63,844 bases of DNA, taken from positions 1 to 63,844 of the forward strand of contig JBJEXC010000011.1 in assembly GCA_051885355.1 (NCBI GenBank), given 5' to 3'. The notes below the pieces were generated by a model. That model ran no database searches. It was given only the letters and a program-made list of their open reading frames with translations, and was not told where the DNA came from. Numbering within the stretch: the stretch's first letter is position 1; the number at the start of each line of letters is the position of its first letter. Shown here one piece after another: positions 10,387 through 21,699 of this stretch. The translations under genes were made by a program, and so were the position numbers. The stretch is from Alphaproteobacteria bacterium. GTDB lineage: Bacteria; Pseudomonadota; Alphaproteobacteria; Rs-D84; CACZYB01.

Positions 10387-10935
10387 TGAAAAATATTTTT
10401 TATACTATTTTATTTTCTATAATAACAATTCCTTCCCTTGCTCAAACAGCAACCGAATTGGAAGAAAAACTAAAAAAACTTCAACTTGAAAATCAAAGCC
10501 TTACTTTACAAAACACTAACTTTGATACAAAAATCCAAGAAAAAGAAAAGGAACTAACACGCACAGAAACCGAACTAAAACAACTACAACAAAAACGCAT
10601 AAAAAGTGAAGACGCTTGCAAAAATATATCAGATGACGATATAAAACTTATGCAAGGTTTAGCAGGTGGAACAACCGTAATCTCACTTGCTGGAACCGGT
10701 ATTGGCACAGCACATAAAATAACTGGAGCATTACAAAACAAAGAAACAAAAAATGAAGATACTTCACAAATTTCCGAAACAAACCAAAACACAACACTGA
10801 AAAAATCCACAACCCTTGATAAAGCATTAAATATCACAACCACTGTCACCTCTGCTGGTGCCACAGTCACAAGCGCTATCGCCCTTTCAAAAGTAAATGG
10901 ACTAAAAGACGATATAAAAAATTGTATTGATAGTT

Positions 10936-10943
<8 letters not shown>
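10386..10943 (+). CDS. Secreted coiled-coil protein, paralog B (unknown function)
   Basis: Same plan as 9388-10386: signal peptide ...PSLAQ, coiled coil, SEDACKNIS and IKNCIDSF matching SKSACTQLS and VKSCKGTF. Start taken at MKNIFYT; the ATG overlaps the stop of paralog A. Confidence 0.6.
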
Positions 10944-12881
<1,938 letters not shown>

Positions 12882-12937
12882 TTATTTTACAGACTTTTTT
12901 CCCAAAACAACACAAATTCAATTACTTTTGCAAAGAA

Positions 12938-13180
12938 TTATTTCCATTTATCTAAAAGTTCTTTAAAAACAAGTAAAGGATTATAATTTATTACCATAAA
13001 TATTTCTATACATTCCACAATATCAACACGTCTTTCACCATTTTCTATTTTACTTATACAAGATTGAGAACAATTAAGTTTATTTGCAAGTTCACTTTGA
13101 GTTATATTATTTTTCTTTCTAATATCAACTAACATTTTTAGTAAATATTTATAATTATTTGTATATGCAGATTTATTCAT
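12938..13180 (-). CDS. XRE-family HTH transcriptional regulator
   Basis: ITQSELANKLNCSQSCISKIENGER is a classic Cro/C1 HTH. Start at MNKSAYT is supported by an AGGGG Shine-Dalgarno. Confidence 0.7.
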   Translation of the reverse strand: MNKSAYTNNYKYLLKMLVDIRKKNNITQSELANKLNCSQSCISKIENGERRVDIVECIEIFMVINYNPLLVFKELLDKWK

Positions 13181-13332
13181 ATTTTTCCCCTTATTCATTA
13201 AAAACAAATATATTTTATATCCTTTTACAGAATATACCAAATAAGAATAATATTTCCCCTATAATAATTGTAATAGAAATAGAAGTTTAGTCTTGACTTT
13301 AAAAGTAATATATCTTATTTTTACTACAGTTT

Positions 13333-13407
13333 GCTACTGTGGCTCAGTGGTAGAGCGCACCCTTGGTAAGGGTGAGGTCGTGAGTCCGATTCTCACCAGT
13401 AGCACCA
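13333..13407 (+). tRNA. tRNA-Thr (anticodon GGU), CCA encoded
   Basis: Cloverleaf folded by hand: acceptor GCTACTG/CAGTAGC, anticodon arm CACCC-TTGGTAA-GGGTG, T arm GTGAG-TCCGATT-CTCAC. The T loop reads TCC instead of the usual TTC. Confidence 0.85.
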
Positions 13408-13480
13408 TTAAATTTTTCATTAAATATCCTATAAAAGAGCAGAGAAATTAACCACTTCAAGGCTCTTTTTTTTATACCCA

Positions 13481-13735
13481 TTATCTCTGTTCCTCTTCAT
13501 ACATATATTCACAAAAATCACCTAACTCCATATCACTTACTTCCAATATTTTACTAATAGTCCTCATAGATAGCCATCTGCACTTTCCACTCAAATAAAA
13601 TCTTTTACTTTTGTTAAATGCAGTTCCATCTAACCCAGCATTTTTCGCTAATAATGATACAGATATACCATTAATATAGGCTATTTTATCAATAACATTC
13701 CACAAACTCTTATGGTCTTTCTCTAAATTTTGCAT
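13481..13735 (-). CDS. Phage-repressor-like HTH protein
   Basis: ISVSLLAKNAGLDGTAFNKSKRF...RWLSMRTISKIL resembles the short repressor-type HTH family common in Alphaproteobacteria. Confidence 0.6.
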   Translation of the reverse strand: MQNLEKDHKSLWNVIDKIAYINGISVSLLAKNAGLDGTAFNKSKRFYLSGKCRWLSMRTISKILEVSDMELGDFCEYMYEEEQR

Positions 13736-13954
13736 AATAAACTCCTTTTGTTTCTAATAACCCCTCCCTTAAGAAGATATTCTTAATTTAAAATCATATT
13801 AGAATTACAGCAAGTAGAATAAATTCCTCTATCTCAACACAGCCGTTTGCTTAGAATTTTTTAAGTTAAAATAAAAAAACTCAAAAAACAGAAGAAGAAA
13901 TTTCGTTGCTTTTTTGTTTTCTCCGATTCGTTTTTGTGTAGAAAATAAGATTAA

Positions 13955-14230
13955 AAATTCGGTGATGAAGAAGGAAAAACTTTATACGATATAGCCATAA
14001 AAAAAGACGGTGTATTAGATACAAAGTTCGTTAATAAAAAGAATGTTGAAAATTATTTGGCTAATGCTTTGAAGATGGACAATGTCAATAGTTCTGGCAC
14101 TCCATTCACGTCGGGGGATAAAGCGAACTATGCAACCCTTTCGCTACTCAATGATAATATAGCAAATATGTATATAAATGTCAAACCTAATTATCAGCAG
14201 GCAAGGTCTTTGGCTTCAGTTATAATTTGA
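13955..14230 (+). pseudogene. 5'-truncated coding remnant ending inside the degenerate terminal CRISPR repeat
   Basis: A 92-codon stop-free frame in AT-rich DNA with no usable start until its second half. The frame ends at a TGA formed by the degenerate first repeat. Confidence 0.3.
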
Positions 14231-16169
14231 CTTAAATTTCCTATATGCTATAATTCCAGGTGGTGAGACACGCCCCAAAACGCAGTTGCGATTTGACTTA
14301 AATTTCCTATATGCTATAATAGTTATTATTACGAAAGTGTTTCAAATGATGTTGCGATTTGACTTAAATTTCCTATATGCTATAATTTTTGCTCTTGTGT
14401 TTCTTTTGCAATTGTAGTTGCGATTTGACTTAAATTTCCTATATGCTATAATTATATCGAATCCAGATTCTTTTGCATCTTTGTTGCGATTTGACTTAAA
14501 TTTCCTATATGCTATAATAACTGTTTCATAACGCTTTCATACAACAATGTTGCGATTTGACTTAAATTTCCTATATGCTATAATTTTTTTTATAAAAAAT
14601 TTAGGTATGCTTTCGTTGCGATTTGACTTAAATTTCCTATATGCTATAATAGAAAATATTTATTTAACAGATAACAATAGGTTGCGATTTGACTTAAATT
14701 TCCTATATGCTATAATCCCGTTATTCAGAATGCTATAGGCAAAGCAGTTGCGATTTGACTTAAATTTCCTATATGCTATAATTATCCTACTCTTGAAACT
14801 TTTGATGATTTTGTTGCGATTTGACTTAAATTTCCTATATGCTATAATTTTCAGATTGATTATCAAAATTTAATGCTTGTTGCGATTTGACTTAAATTTC
14901 CTATATGCTATAATAGTTTAACACATCTTGACTTGGATGTTATTGTTGCGATTTGACTTAAATTTCCTATATGCTATAATATAAAAGAAATTTTAAATAA
15001 AAAATATCATGTTGCGATTTGACTTAAATTTCCTATATGCTATAATTTCATAGCTCCCAACATAATTGATTTTTTTGTTGCGATTTGACTTAAATTTCCT
15101 ATATGCTATAATTTAAATAAAGAAATATACGTACAAGGGAACGTTGCGATTTGACTTAAATTTCCTATATGCTATAATAGTACATCGCCATTCATTAAAC
15201 CTTTCTTCGTTGCGATTTGACTTAAATTTCCTATATGCTATAATCTTTTTATTGAATTATATTTATCTTGTTTAGTTGCGATTTGACTTAAATTTCCTAT
15301 ATGCTATAATCAAATCACTCTCTAAGTCTGCATAGAGTTTGTTGCGATTTGACTTAAATTTCCTATATGCTATAATGAAATCAATACAAAAACTGGTGAA
15401 ATAACAGTTGCGATTTGACTTAAATTTCCTATATGCTATAATATATAATCAGAATTTTTATTATAACTTTTTGTTGCGATTTGACTTAAATTTCCTATAT
15501 GCTATAATGTTTACGGGAAAGAATTCTGGGACAAACTAGTTGCGATTTGACTTAAATTTCCTATATGCTATAATCATCCCAGGGGAAGTATGGAAGATAA
15601 AAATAGTTGCGATTTGACTTAAATTTCCTATATGCTATAATCATTATCAAATATATTTAATGTTCGCGATTGTTGCGATTTGACTTAAATTTCCTATATG
15701 CTATAATTCTACACCCCAAACTAAATTATCAACATTAGTTGCGATTTGACTTAAATTTCCTATATGCTATAATTATTATCATTGAAGAAGTTAAGAAAAT
15801 TGAGTTGCGATTTGACTTAAATTTCCTATATGCTATAATATTGGAAGTTCTGGCTACTCCGCACAGATTGTTGCGATTTGACTTAAATTTCCTATATGCT
15901 ATAATTTATTATATAAATGTAATCCTTGATTCTTTGTTGCGATTTGACTTAAATTTCCTATATGCTATAATATATCTAGGAGAACAACCAATATACCAAA
16001 GGTTGCGATTTGACTTAAATTTCCTATATGCTATAATTTTGTGGTTGGTTTAATTTTTCTTTGTTTTGTTGCGATTTGACTTAAATTTCCTATATGCTAT
16101 AATAGTTGTAGCACTCATAATCTACGATAAGATGTTGCGATTTGACTTAAATTTCCTATATGCTATAAT
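14219..16169 (+). CRISPR. CRISPR array: 30 repeats of 36 bp (GTTGCGATTTGACTTAAATTTCCTATATGCTATAAT), 29 spacers (28 of 30 nt, one of 31 nt)
   Basis: All 30 repeat starts were located by hand at 66-bp periodicity, with one +1 shift at spacer 21. The first repeat (14219) is degenerate at positions 4-6 (GTTATA...). Each repeat contains TTGACT-N16-TGcTATAAT. Confidence 0.97.
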
Positions 16170-16175
16170 ATCACA

Positions 16176-16206
16176 GAAAAATCCTCAGAATTTCTGGGGA
16201 TTTTTT
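16176..16206. terminator. Bidirectional rho-independent terminator between the array and cas2
   Basis: Stem AATCCTCAG / CTGGGGATT (9 bp, one G-U) with an A run upstream and T6 downstream. Confidence 0.7.
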
Positions 16207-16303
16207 AATTATTTCATAATAAAAATTTAACAAATTTATACTAATTTTTGATTCGTTTTTTTTATTTTTCTTTTACCGATTCGCAATATTATTATCCACA
16301 TTT

Positions 16304-16648
16304 TTAAAACAACATAAATTGCTCTGGCGATTTTGGGACTTCTCTATAATCTAAATCTCCAATTAAAATTATATCTTTAAATTGCTTATCCGTAAAAAAC
16401 AAAATAGTTATATTACCACTTGTTGGCGCATTTTGTTTTATTGCCGAAACATATTTAGGACACAAATCTTTTGCCCCTATAAATTTAGTATAAACAGAAT
16501 ATTGGTTCATAGAAAATCCCATATCCAACAAATATTCCCTAAATTTATGAGCATAATGCCTATTCTCAGGAGTATCCGTTGGCAAATCAAACATAACCAT
16601 CATCCACATAATTTTTCTCCCATCTATTATATTACTCATAATAATCAC
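16304..16648 (-). CDS. cas2: CRISPR-associated endoribonuclease Cas2
   Basis: MVMFDLPTDT beta1 motif, about 110 aa, start overlapping the cas1 stop. Confidence 0.85.
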   Translation of the reverse strand: MIIMSNIIDGRKIMWMMVMFDLPTDTPENRHYAHKFREYLLDMGFSMNQYSVYTKFIGAKDLCPKYVSAIKQNAPTSGNITILFFTDKQFKDIILIGDLDYREVPKSPEQFMLF

Positions 16649-17555
16649 CTAAATAACTATCTATAAGTTTGTCAGTAATAGAAAGTGAAAAAGTTTTATT
16701 AAGACAAGAATTTGCAAAACTTCTTACATAATTTTGAGTAACAATAGGAAGTTCAGAAATACCATCCAAAGTTTTTATATCTTTATGTAAGATATTAATT
16801 ATTAAAAATTTTTTGCTTTCTGCTTCCAAAGATTTTTCAACATCATCAATTCCATTAAAAATCTTATAAACAAGCAAATCTACAACAGGACGAAATGGTT
16901 CAATCAAATCATCAACTAAACAAAAGGGATTCAAATAACTGTGATGATTAACACCAAATGATGGATTTAAACCAGTCGCAACAACAAACCTAGCAATCAC
17001 CCCTCGAATAATAGCATACCCATAATTAAGAAAACTATTTATACCAGATTTATTTGTATCCCTAACAAAATTATCCCCAAACAAAGCAGAAAAATAATAC
17101 CGTGCGGCCACTGCCTCTTGATTAGTAGTATCTCCAGATAAAACTTGCGTTGCAATATAATCAAGTTTAGTATCATTCTTCAAAAATTTTAAAACTTTTG
17201 ATTGATTTTTTATCTTCTCTTGAACTATTTTTTGCCATAAATTTTTCTGCAAAGGTTTTGATATAGAAATTTGCATTTGTTGAATACGAGTTTGTTGATA
17301 ATTACCATTTATACCAAGCAATAATCCCGAAGGATTATAATTTTTACCACATATAACAAGTGGGATATTTTCTTCGATCAATCTTTGTAATAAAGAATGC
17401 GTATAAATGACTTGATTCGCAGAAACAATTATTCCTCCCAATGAATCAAAAGGGAGATCTTTTACAATCTCCCCTTCTTCCTTTATCCTCAAAAATCCCC
17501 TATATGTTGTTAATGTTTTACCATCATCGTTTATCTCTATAATATTATTTAACAT
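16632..17555 (-). CDS. cas1: CRISPR-associated endonuclease Cas1 (type II)
   Basis: LNYGYAIIRG and HHS...LVDDLIEPFRP motifs; 307 aa. Confidence 0.9.
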   Translation of the reverse strand: MLNNIIEINDDGKTLTTYRGFLRIKEEGEIVKDLPFDSLGGIIVSANQVIYTHSLLQRLIEENIPLVICGKNYNPSGLLLGINGNYQQTRIQQMQISISKPLQKNLWQKIVQEKIKNQSKVLKFLKNDTKLDYIATQVLSGDTTNQEAVAARYYFSALFGDNFVRDTNKSGINSFLNYGYAIIRGVIARFVVATGLNPSFGVNHHSYLNPFCLVDDLIEPFRPVVDLLVYKIFNGIDDVEKSLEAESKKFLIINILHKDIKTLDGISELPIVTQNYVRSFANSCLNKTFSLSITDKLIDSYLGDYYE

Positions 17556-17570
17556 TTTATACCTCTTTGG

Positions 17571-20500
17571 TTAGTTATTATTTATCTCCTTTCCCAAAGC
17601 ATTTAAATAAACCTTTTTTATATTATATTGTTGAGCTACTGATATTCCTTTCTTTGTAGAAAAATTACATTGCCAAGTTTTTTTATCTCCATTATCTTCC
17701 TGTGCAATATGTAACGGACGTAAATAAAGTGTATCTCCTGTCATTTTTTTCACTTTAAAATAAAAATCCATACTCTCTTTGTTTGTATTAAGGAAACGAT
17801 TATCTATAAAATTTTTAAATTTTTTAAGACTATCACATAAATCTTTATCTTTATTAATATTAACCTTCACAATATCATTTGCTCTAAGTGTCATAATTTT
17901 TTTAGCATTTGGATAAATTTTATTCCATAAAGCATAACCATTTTTATCTTCAAGGTGCTCAAAAACTCTAAATCTATTTAAAATTTCCATTTGCCATTTT
18001 CCATCAACCATATAAATCTGTGCTTCATAATTACCATCACTAGCATACCATTTATAGGCTTTGTCTTTTGTAAATGATTCTTCAAATAACTTTTTTGTTT
18101 TATCAAATTCCTCTTGTGTAATTTTACCATCTAACAATCTTTGTTTACCAATAAAATACTTATCAAATAATTCTAAATAGATTTTCTTTTGCTCTTTATT
18201 TCTAAATACCGGTATCATAGAAGATATATTACTTATTTCAGTTTCAACCTTACCTTTTGAACGATTAAATTTTTTAAAAGTCACATTATCATCTTTTGTT
18301 AAATTATTATTTTCTATACTGTATGCTGTCCCTTTCATAATATTTAAAAAACTTAGATTAGATTTATTTTTCCCTTCCCTTATACCTTTCATAAGATATT
18401 TTACTTTATTAGTTTCTTCCTTATAAAAAATAAACATATTTCTAAATCTTTCTTTTAATTCATTCATATCAAAATTTTTATAAGGATTTTCTTTATTTTC
18501 ATTTCTTAATTTTTCAGAAATCAATGATTCTTTCAAAGATTTTCTAAATCTTGCCTCATTTATATTCTTATCACCTTTAATACCTTCATAATATTGTCTA
18601 TCAACTTCTTTTCTAAAATCCTCACTATTTGGATATTGAACCAAAGCAGTATCTAAACAAGCACACACTATTGCATCTATTGCATGATGATAATGAATTG
18701 CCCTATCCTTTTGCTTACTGGATAAATTATAGAAAAGTTGATGACAATTTTTCTTTATTTCATCAGAAGATAAATTCTCCGTTTCCACTTTTACAAATTG
18801 AAAGTTATGAATATCAAAAGCGTTTCTTTTTATTATAGGAGTTTTAACATCTTTTTCATTTTTATTTAATAACTCAACATCACCTATTTCATTAGATTGA
18901 TTTATAACAAACTTTTCAAATTCATCAACTAAGTTATTATATTTTGTTGGATTTCCATCAATTAAATCATCAATAATTTCAGCAACTTTACTATTAAATT
19001 CTTTCTGCATATCCTTTTTATCATATTCTGGATGTAAAAAAAGAATTACATCTTTTAATTTATCACTTAAAAAATCTTGTTGCCATTTTTGAGGAATCCA
19101 TAAATCAAAATCCCGTGGCACAGCCCTTAATAACTGCCAAGCATTTCTATATAAATCAGTAGCGATACCAGTATTAACAGTATTATGCTTCCAATCATTA
19201 GAAACATAATTTAAATACTGATTTGTAAGTTTTGTAATGTATCTTGTATCATTTATATCTCTTGCATTTAAACCGCCGGTTAATTTATTATAAATATCCA
19301 TTGCATTAGGTAAAAAACGCCACCATGTATCAAAAAGTTTATATTCTATCCTCTTTTTATTATTTCCTTTTAGCGCAGATTTATCTCCTTTTTTATCTTT
19401 TCTATAAAAATCAATAAACCCTGCTCTTTTTTGCAATAACTTCAATTCTTCTGGTTCATTTGTTTTCCATTCACTTGGTGTTCTATCACATTTTTCTCCA
19501 TTATACTTACTTTTTGTTATTATCTTATTTGCATAACTGTCATCACCACTTTTTGAAAATGGAAGAATATGTTCTATTTCATATTTAGGCGAAAAAAGTT
19601 CTGATAGAGGAATTGGATGAACTTCATCTATATTATAAATATCAATTCTTTTCGTTTCATCGTGTGGGCAAAGATTTCTCCATACCTTATATTTTTCAAT
19701 ATTATAATCACTAGGATTTTCTCCTTGAGAAATAATAGCCCTTCTTGCTTCATCATTTATTTTTTTATTATCAGATTGTATCACAGCAATTTTTGCTTTT
19801 GTTTTATCACCTTGTGCCATATCACGAGCGACTTCAATTCCAATAACTTCTGGATTACCATACAAAGCAATAATTTCATTTACAACTATACGAAGTTGGT
19901 TAAGTGCAATATGAACAACAGGATTTGTAATTCTGCCATTTCTGCCAAGATATTCTTTAAATTTTTCTGTATAATATGGAAGATTTGTTAAAGGTATCCA
20001 CCCTTCCTTTTGGTATTCCTTTAAAGAATGATTTATTTCTATTTTCTCCAATGCTTCATGATATTTTAAATTATCATTTTCCATAAGTGGTATAATTTTT
20101 TCCAATATATCCTTTGATAATTTGCAATATCCCTTTGGTAATTTATTAAGAATTTCATTTACCTTTATATTATCAAATTCTATATTATATTGTTCCTTTA
20201 AACTCTTTACTCTATCCTTTGCAAACTTACTATAATCAGTTAAAATTTCAATAATATCAAACTTATCAGTATCACTAAAACTGTTCCAATTTTTAATTTC
20301 ACTATAAAGAATATTATTTGTTTCAGAACACTTTATTCCTTCCCTTAACAAAGGTTTATAAACATCTTCATACTCTGCTTTTCCCTCTTCATTTTTACCT
20401 TTATACTTATATTTTTTAGTTGCTTCAAAGTTAAAAAGTGTTTCAACATCCAAGCCTAAAAACTCTTTAATAGATAAATAAGAAACGACATTATCCTTTG

Positions 20501-21434
20501 ATTTTAATTTTGTATTACAATTATAAAGAGCATCTATAAGTTTTCTTCTATCTTCATCAGATAACTTTTTATTTTCAGGATAAATAATTTCAAGATTGCG
20601 AACTTCCGATACAATTCTGAATTTTTGAAAAAGAATTTGTGCTAGTTGTATATTAGGCTTATCATCAAAAAGACATTTTGCAGGTTCTTGCTTTTTTAAA
20701 TTATTTTGATCTAATATAATATCAGTTATTTCCTTTTCCATCTCTTCTGTAAGTTCTGGGAAAAATTTTCTCTGTATTTCAAACATAGATTTTATTTCTT
20801 GTTTGTAAATATCACGACTTGGAAACTCATCTTTTTTCAATTTACCATTATCATCAATCGCCCCTCTAAACCTTACTTTTTCACCATTTTTAATCATTTT
20901 CCATTGATATTCACCAAGAGTTTTACAATCATTATTTTTTATTTCCTCAATTAATTTTTTATGAGCATCTTCCCATTTTGAAGTGTTATCCTCTGATAAA
21001 GATTGAAAACCTCTATGTTGATTTATATGAAATAAAGCCCTTCCTAAAATATAAAGAGGATTATTCAAATTTTGAATCAACTCAGATTCTTTTAAACTAC
21101 CCTTTACACATTCTGCTCTACATTTATAAGGATTTAAAATTTCCAAAGATTTCTGCTCACTTTTATCATTAGGCATAAACCCATAACTTACCAATAAATC
21201 AAAAAGTTTTTTACGACGCACCAAATATCTGTCTTGATTTACTCTTGCACCTTTTGCTTCACTTCTTACAGAAGCAAGGGATTTTGGTTTAGTATCTTGG
21301 GTTAAACCATTATTAAAAATTCGAACCCCAAAATCAATCAAATTAAGAGGAATAATCTTATCATTTTCTCTTTTTATTTCAACAACAGCCCAACCAATAG
21401 AATTTGTTCCAATATCAATACCAAGTTTATACAT
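17571..21434 (-). CDS. cas9: Cas9, type II-C gene context, 1287 aa
   Basis: RuvC-I LGIDIGTNSIGWAVV, RuvC-II IGIEVARD, HNH YEIEHILPFSKSGDDSYANKIIT...N, RuvC-III HYHHAIDAIV. No csn2 or cas4 is nearby. Confidence 0.95.
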   Translation of the reverse strand: MYKLGIDIGTNSIGWAVVEIKRENDKIIPLNLIDFGVRIFNNGLTQDTKPKSLASVRSEAKGARVNQDRYLVRRKKLFDLLVSYGFMPNDKSEQKSLEILNPYKCRAECVKGSLKESELIQNLNNPLYILGRALFHINQHRGFQSLSEDNTSKWEDAHKKLIEEIKNNDCKTLGEYQWKMIKNGEKVRFRGAIDDNGKLKKDEFPSRDIYKQEIKSMFEIQRKFFPELTEEMEKEITDIILDQNNLKKQEPAKCLFDDKPNIQLAQILFQKFRIVSEVRNLEIIYPENKKLSDEDRRKLIDALYNCNTKLKSKDNVVSYLSIKEFLGLDVETLFNFEATKKYKYKGKNEEGKAEYEDVYKPLLREGIKCSETNNILYSEIKNWNSFSDTDKFDIIEILTDYSKFAKDRVKSLKEQYNIEFDNIKVNEILNKLPKGYCKLSKDILEKIIPLMENDNLKYHEALEKIEINHSLKEYQKEGWIPLTNLPYYTEKFKEYLGRNGRITNPVVHIALNQLRIVVNEIIALYGNPEVIGIEVARDMAQGDKTKAKIAVIQSDNKKINDEARRAIISQGENPSDYNIEKYKVWRNLCPHDETKRIDIYNIDEVHPIPLSELFSPKYEIEHILPFSKSGDDSYANKIITKSKYNGEKCDRTPSEWKTNEPEELKLLQKRAGFIDFYRKDKKGDKSALKGNNKKRIEYKLFDTWWRFLPNAMDIYNKLTGGLNARDINDTRYITKLTNQYLNYVSNDWKHNTVNTGIATDLYRNAWQLLRAVPRDFDLWIPQKWQQDFLSDKLKDVILFLHPEYDKKDMQKEFNSKVAEIIDDLIDGNPTKYNNLVDEFEKFVINQSNEIGDVELLNKNEKDVKTPIIKRNAFDIHNFQFVKVETENLSSDEIKKNCHQLFYNLSSKQKDRAIHYHHAIDAIVCACLDTALVQYPNSEDFRKEVDRQYYEGIKGDKNINEARFRKSLKESLISEKLRNENKENPYKNFDMNELKERFRNMFIFYKEETNKVKYLMKGIREGKNKSNLSFLNIMKGTAYSIENNNLTKDDNVTFKKFNRSKGKVETEISNISSMIPVFRNKEQKKIYLELFDKYFIGKQRLLDGKITQEEFDKTKKLFEESFTKDKAYKWYASDGNYEAQIYMVDGKWQMEILNRFRVFEHLEDKNGYALWNKIYPNAKKIMTLRANDIVKVNINKDKDLCDSLKKFKNFIDNRFLNTNKESMDFYFKVKKMTGDTLYLRPLHIAQEDNGDKKTWQCNFSTKKGISVAQQYNIKKVYLNALGKEINNN

Positions 21435-21537
21435 TTTTATACCTTTTTTATTATTTTTAGTTATTCTATAAAATATTATTCAGATACACAATAAAAATTT
21501 TCTTGATTATTAAGAATATTAGAACTACAATAAATCT

Positions 21538-21649
21538 GATTTTGAAACGATAATTATAATATATAGGAAATTTAAGTCTATCGTTAACAAGGAACTATTT
21601 ATAATAGTTACCATCAAAATCAAAAGAGGGTTCAAAACCCTCTTTTTTT
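21538..21649 (+). ncRNA. tracrRNA
   Basis: Anti-repeat ATTATAATATATAGGAAATTTAAGTCTATCG (from 21553) matches the reverse complement of the repeat: blocks of 6 and 18 perfect bp plus a bulge. It is followed by hairpin AACTATT-TATA-ATAGTT and terminator AGAGGGTT-CAA-AACCCTCT-T7. Promoter TTGATT (21503-21508) -N17- TACAAT (21526-21531). Confidence 0.8.
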
Positions 21650-21663
21650 ATTACAAATAAACT

Positions 21664-21693
21664 AAAAAAATTCCCTCACAAAATAGAGGGAAT
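21664..21693 (-). terminator. Rho-independent terminator of the 220-aa ORF
   Basis: ATTCCCTC-N8-GAGGGAAT followed by T7 on the minus strand. Confidence 0.65.
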
Positions 21694-21699
21694 TAAATT

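Noticed and set aside
14547-16053. ORF-track entries inside the CRISPR array (14547-14738 +, 14660-14866 -, 15739-16053 +) with repetitive RFDLNFLYAII peptides
   Set aside because: They are translations of the 36-bp repeat at 66-bp (in-frame) periodicity and are not genes.
14255-16133. Self-targeting spacers against this window
   Set aside because: I compared the 29 spacers by eye with conspicuous parts of the window (lysis cassette, toxin array, AbiE) and saw no match. This is not exhaustive; BLASTN of the spacers against the genome and phage databases is needed.
13900-16290. Short shared motif CCGATTCG on both sides of the array (about 13923 and 16275) and in the tRNA-Thr T arm, considered as possible att-like direct repeats
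   Set aside because: Only about 8 nt are shared, which is expected by chance at this scale.
17571-21434. Classifying the locus as type II-A or II-B because of the large Cas9
   Set aside because: No csn2 or cas4 ORF exists between cas2 and the array or anywhere nearby. The 36-bp repeat, 30-nt spacers and repeat-internal promoters fit type II-C.
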